From NCBI GenBank assembly GCA_001817065.1, contig MHHQ01000032.1, positions 1-60,065 of the forward strand: a stretch of DNA of 60,065 nt. The letters are read 5' to 3'. The stretch comes from Candidatus Andersenbacteria bacterium RIFCSPHIGHO2_02_FULL_46_16. Its GTDB lineage: Bacteria; Patescibacteriota; Andersenbacteria; UBA10190. Position 1 is the stretch's first letter. Each line of letters starts with the position of its first letter. Made by a program: the position numbers and the translations under genes. Below the pieces are notes generated by a model. That model made no database searches. It was given only the letters and a program-made list of their open reading frames with translations, and was not told the origin of the DNA. Positions 56,606-60,065 of the stretch are shown piece after piece.

Positions 56606-56652
56606 ATGTTACAGAATGTTACAGTATAAAAAAGGAAGTCCAACTGTAACAT
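56606..56652. repeat. ATGTTACAG x2 direct (56606-56614, 56616-56624) + CTGTAACAT inverted (56644-56652)
   Basis: Read directly; a further TTGTAACAA lies at about 56522. Confidence 0.5.
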
Positions 56653-56663
56653 TTGATAATCTT

Positions 56664-57017
56664 CTACTTTATTTGCTCAACGCTCTGAATAGCATCAACT
56701 ATTCTCTGATTCAGCTCTTGTATTTGCTGCTCTAATTGGGGATGTTCGGCTTGCTTGCCAATCGCAATAACATTTTCATTGCGCCACACAAAATGAACCA
56801 AGCTCTCGGCAGCCACACCAAAGACCAGAGCATTTTTCTTTGCTTCATCAACTAAACCATCTTCGTTACGAAGATACGACTCTAGAAAAGCTTGTCCAAT
56901 TTCTGGATTTTTTCGGAGTTCAGACCATAATTTGGCAGCATCTTGACCAAGGAAACCAGCACCTTCAAATTCCCAATCAACAAACCGAACCGTGGATTCC
57001 CCCTCTTTAAAACCCAA
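56664..57017 (-). pseudogene. C-terminal fragment of an APH/choline-kinase-type phosphotransferase
   Basis: NILLGFKEGESTVRFVDWEFEG matches the N..(I/V)DWE region. The upstream frame closes with TAA and no HGD region is present. Confidence 0.55.
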
Positions 57018-57278
57018 TAAAATATTTTTAGTTGCCGCGGCGCGTCGAAGCGGAATTTACCCGCCATAGCGTCAGCGCAGGTGGGGCCTTCTTATCCCAA
57101 CGCGAATAACTCAATGTCATTCGCTCCTCTGCCTCGCAAAAATTCTTTTGGCTGCGGTGTTTTTTGGACAAAGGTCGAACTGAAATTGTCAGGTTAAACA
57201 AGAAAATATGGACGCCATGAATTAAAAAAGCCGATGAACATCAAGTATCCACCAACTTACACAGATTACTAAAACAAC

Positions 57279-58181
57279 TTACGCGTTGAGAGCCGAGGCC
57301 AGAATACCGCACAGTTGATCAACAGTGTGTTGATTGTTACCGACCACCAAGATGTCGTAATCCTCAATGGCACGTGGAGACACCTCAAGCAAATTGCGAT
57401 CTTCGGTCATACGAAATGCACGAGCAGCTCCACCAGCATTGCGAACCAGTTGAACACCCAACACATCTTGTGGCCCACCGATGGCGGACGTGATTGCACC
57501 TGCCATCTTATCATTCCCCTGGGCTAGAACAGCCTGGTGAAGACCGTTTGAGCCTGGCAGCAGCAGCCGATACGCGGACAATTCAATAAGTAGCTTGCCA
57601 GCCTGCTCGTTGGTCAGAATTTGGCGACCGGAGCGCTTAAAGCCCTGCGGCAAATCTAGACAGACCGCCGCGTTGTCGGACAAAGCTCCTTGCCACACCG
57701 TAATCTGACGCTCATTGCGAAACTGCCTGATAGTGAAGTCCCACGTTGCCGCATAAGATTGTCCGCTTCGAGTGTACCAGAGACGACCCGATGCCGGCTC
57801 GCCAATAGTACAGGCTAGCACGTGCTTGGTCTTAGTATCATAGGCGCCGAGAATGACTGTCGAAGTGGGCAGACCAATAGTAAAAGCTAGGGTGCCGTCG
57901 ATGGGATCGCCGTAAATGGTCACAACAGACTCTTCGTGTGAGGCACCGACGTCTTCAATGATGATGCGAACACTGGGAAAGTTATCACGAATATGAGCGC
58001 GCAGCACCTCACCACATTCACGGTCAACGACCGTGAGAAACGTATTGTCAGCACCCTTGATCGAAGCTTCCCCAATAGTCTTGTCGCGCAGTTGGTAGGC
58101 TCGAACAATATTCATACCATCGATGACAGCTTTGACACTCATCTGCTCGAATAGAGGAATATCGAACTGAGACATGGTCAA
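57279..58181 (-). CDS. inositol monophosphatase/FBPase-like family protein
   Basis: GDPIDGT motif. Confidence 0.7.
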   Translation of the reverse strand: MTMSQFDIPLFEQMSVKAVIDGMNIVRAYQLRDKTIGEASIKGADNTFLTVVDRECGEVLRAHIRDNFPSVRIIIEDVGASHEESVVTIYGDPIDGTLAFTIGLPTSTVILGAYDTKTKHVLACTIGEPASGRLWYTRSGQSYAATWDFTIRQFRNERQITVWQGALSDNAAVCLDLPQGFKRSGRQILTNEQAGKLLIELSAYRLLLPGSNGLHQAVLAQGNDKMAGAITSAIGGPQDVLGVQLVRNAGGAARAFRMTEDRNLLEVSPRAIEDYDILVVGNNQHTVDQLCGILASALNA

Positions 58182-58479
58182 CCTCCATAAAATTGCTGAG
58201 AGAACAAAAGAAGAACTGAACCATGAAATTTACGGTAAATAAAATGTTTTGTAAAGCTGCTCGTCTGCCGAACCAAATCTAGAACTGCATTGCTATGTTA
58301 CGAGAGCTGGTTTAGATACAAATTTAGGAATTAAAGATTGTTCTGTCCATCCTCTCAAATATCACTCTACCGAACCACATAAAATCGCAGGATTATTGAA
58401 CGGCAAAGCGGATAAGGCTATTGCTGACGCTATCAAAATTACTTGGCGGAGACGGGAGGACGCTTCGACAAGCTCAGCA

Positions 58480-58779
58480 TTACTTCCCACCCCCACTTTC
58501 AACAAGCCTAGAGCTTTTGCTTAATGCAATCAATGTTTGCTTGTCACTAGCTATGAGCGCTTTCTTCTTTGCGATAGACCAGCCTTTAACTTGTTTTTCT
58601 CGTTCTTTTGCCTTAGCGGGGCTTGAATATTGCTCTGTGCATACAAGCTGAAGATCAGAAAACTTCTTCGTGTAAAGTGAATACCCTGCTTGATGCTCAC
58701 TTATTCTTCTGACCACGTTATCGATGTATCCCACGTAAAAAGCTTTCTGATCGCAAAGAAGAATATAGACAACCCACAT
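58480..58779 (-). CDS. GIY-YIG nuclease superfamily protein (UPF0213-like)
   Basis: VVYILLCDQKAFYVGYIDNVVRRISEH. Confidence 0.8.
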   Translation of the reverse strand: MWVVYILLCDQKAFYVGYIDNVVRRISEHQAGYSLYTKKFSDLQLVCTEQYSSPAKAKEREKQVKGWSIAKKKALIASDKQTLIALSKSSRLVESGGGK

Positions 58780-58803
58780 ACATCTATTATGGCGTCAGCC
58801 CTG

Positions 58804-58827
58804 AGCCTGCCTGCCGGCAGGCAGGCT
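58804..58827. repeat. perfect 24-bp GC-rich palindrome AGCCTGCCTGCCGGCAGGCAGGCT
   Basis: Read directly, 25 nt upstream of the GIY-YIG start. Confidence 0.8.
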
Positions 58828-58957
58828 TGTCGAAGGGCGGGCTATGTGAGTTAGGTACCCGTACAGTTTAGTGTGTTGACGCTTTTATCGGAGGTCAAAT
58901 CGGAACAGGATTTGAGGCATGTGGGTTGGATTTCTGAGTTGCACGGTCTTAGTGTAA

Positions 58958-59920
58958 TTATTGCACTTCATCAGCTCGACCCATCCTATACATGCTTCGT
59001 CCAGTCTCTCCCAGTTCTATCTTCTTTAATTCCTCTCCGCGTATCGCTACCACATAATTTTCCTGTTCTGGATAATTGAAAGACACAACCCTCACCAAGG
59101 GTAAGTCATCGGCAGATAAGGGTTCTTTCCCATAAATTGAAAATATATGATTATCACCCTTCTTTTTAAATTCAAGATACAAAGAATCGATGCCGTATGC
59201 TTTATCAGCTAACAGAGAATTACGCAACGAACTACGGACAAATTCTTCTATGTTTCCCTTTTCTCCAGTATGGCCAATCATCACATAAGCATCATGCTCA
59301 AGAATACTTAATGCCTCGAGCCTGATATTCATTAATAGATCCGTAGCACACTCTGTTCTTCCTGTTTTTGCATTATATTTTATCTTGTCTGTTTCAAATT
59401 TACTGTAAGGGAATAATGGTTGCGTATATAATGGAGAATGATAACCAAATTTGTCTACCATTTTTTTATATTTACTGCTGTTTTTTTCGTCATGTTTTAC
59501 AAGTATATCTTGCATTGCAAATGCATTAGCAGAAATATCCCATCCAGACGCATCTAGTCTTCCACCCATAGCCCCAGTATCTCGCACAGCCCCTCTTAAT
59601 TCATTTTGCCGGTTTGCCATAGACGAATATCCAAGCCAACTCAAGTTTCGCGCAGCATCTGCCTTGCCTTTTTCTCTCACATCAAGTGCTTGGTACGCTT
59701 TTTTAGATAAGCCCCTATAAAAATCGTACGCGCCCGCAATAACGCGCTGGTTATGCCCATCATTCAATTTATCAATATCATGCCCATTCTCTGTATTGAT
59801 TCTAGTAAGGTTCGATAACACCTTCTCTATCGCTTCTTTTTCCGTGCTTTCTAAGCCATCTTCTGGTTTTTGCGGTGCGAATTCAGGTCCCCCGTTGAAT
59901 CTTGGAAGTTTTTCGCTCAT
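58958..59920 (-). CDS. hypothetical protein
   Basis: Long ORF, no motif recognised. Confidence 0.5.
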   Translation of the reverse strand: MSEKLPRFNGGPEFAPQKPEDGLESTEKEAIEKVLSNLTRINTENGHDIDKLNDGHNQRVIAGAYDFYRGLSKKAYQALDVREKGKADAARNLSWLGYSSMANRQNELRGAVRDTGAMGGRLDASGWDISANAFAMQDILVKHDEKNSSKYKKMVDKFGYHSPLYTQPLFPYSKFETDKIKYNAKTGRTECATDLLMNIRLEALSILEHDAYVMIGHTGEKGNIEEFVRSSLRNSLLADKAYGIDSLYLEFKKKGDNHIFSIYGKEPLSADDLPLVRVVSFNYPEQENYVVAIRGEELKKIELGETGRSMYRMGRADEVQ

Positions 59921-60065
59921 ATATTCAGAATAACATACTTATGGGCTTTTGAGGCATACGGGTCTGCCGATAATAAATACTCGCTGCGGTGTTTTTTGAT
60001 TGATGTTCGAACATTTTTTGACGAAAATCCGAATTCCGAAATTTAAAATCCAATCGCTCGGGCGG

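Noticed and set aside
1-60065. Looked for CRISPR arrays, rRNA genes and long tandem repeats
   Set aside because: I saw no regularly spaced 25-40-nt direct repeats and no rRNA-like conserved strings. The only repeats found are the short ones listed above.

Overview
This 60-kb window uses the standard genetic code: TAA, TAG and TGA all terminate well-supported genes. It looks like a small-genome uncultivated bacterium, possibly Patescibacteria/CPR-like, but that is inference only.

The window has two parts.

(1) About 37-60 kb looks GC-richer by eye (not computed) and is mostly core genome:
- tRNA-Asn
- an MBOAT/SGNH acyltransferase pair
- acs
- a broken prs
- a cyclophilin
- rpoD, dnaG, an M23 peptidase and mutM
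- one IS element
- a GT4/GT4/GH130 glycan cluster
- a CPA2 antiporter
- an IMPase-like gene
- a GIY-YIG gene

(2) About 1.6-36.5 kb is accessory DNA. It lies between the 3' end of the tRNA-Asn gene and a degenerate 33-nt copy of that 3' end at 1559-1591. No integrase is visible. It contains:
- a primase-polymerase/helicase + SWIM + TfoX-N + DUF3800 module
- a group of small hydrolase genes
- a roughly 15-kb arginine/SAM-derived guanidino-polyamine-like biosynthetic cluster with an embedded two-component system
- a 12-gene co-directional operon in which a type III R-M system is embedded among uncharacterised genes

Main findings:
- The tRNA-Asn gene is split by a group I (Azoarcus-like) intron that carries an HNH endonuclease ORF.
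- The expanded type III R-M operon may be a composite defence system.
- The polyamine-like cluster includes a pyruvoyl arginine decarboxylase with Cys at the pyruvoyl-precursor position.
- A 158-bp GC-rich MITE with perfect 20-bp terminal inverted repeats disrupts prs.
- The Fic protein has Gln in place of the catalytic His.

I saw no CRISPR array and no rRNA gene.
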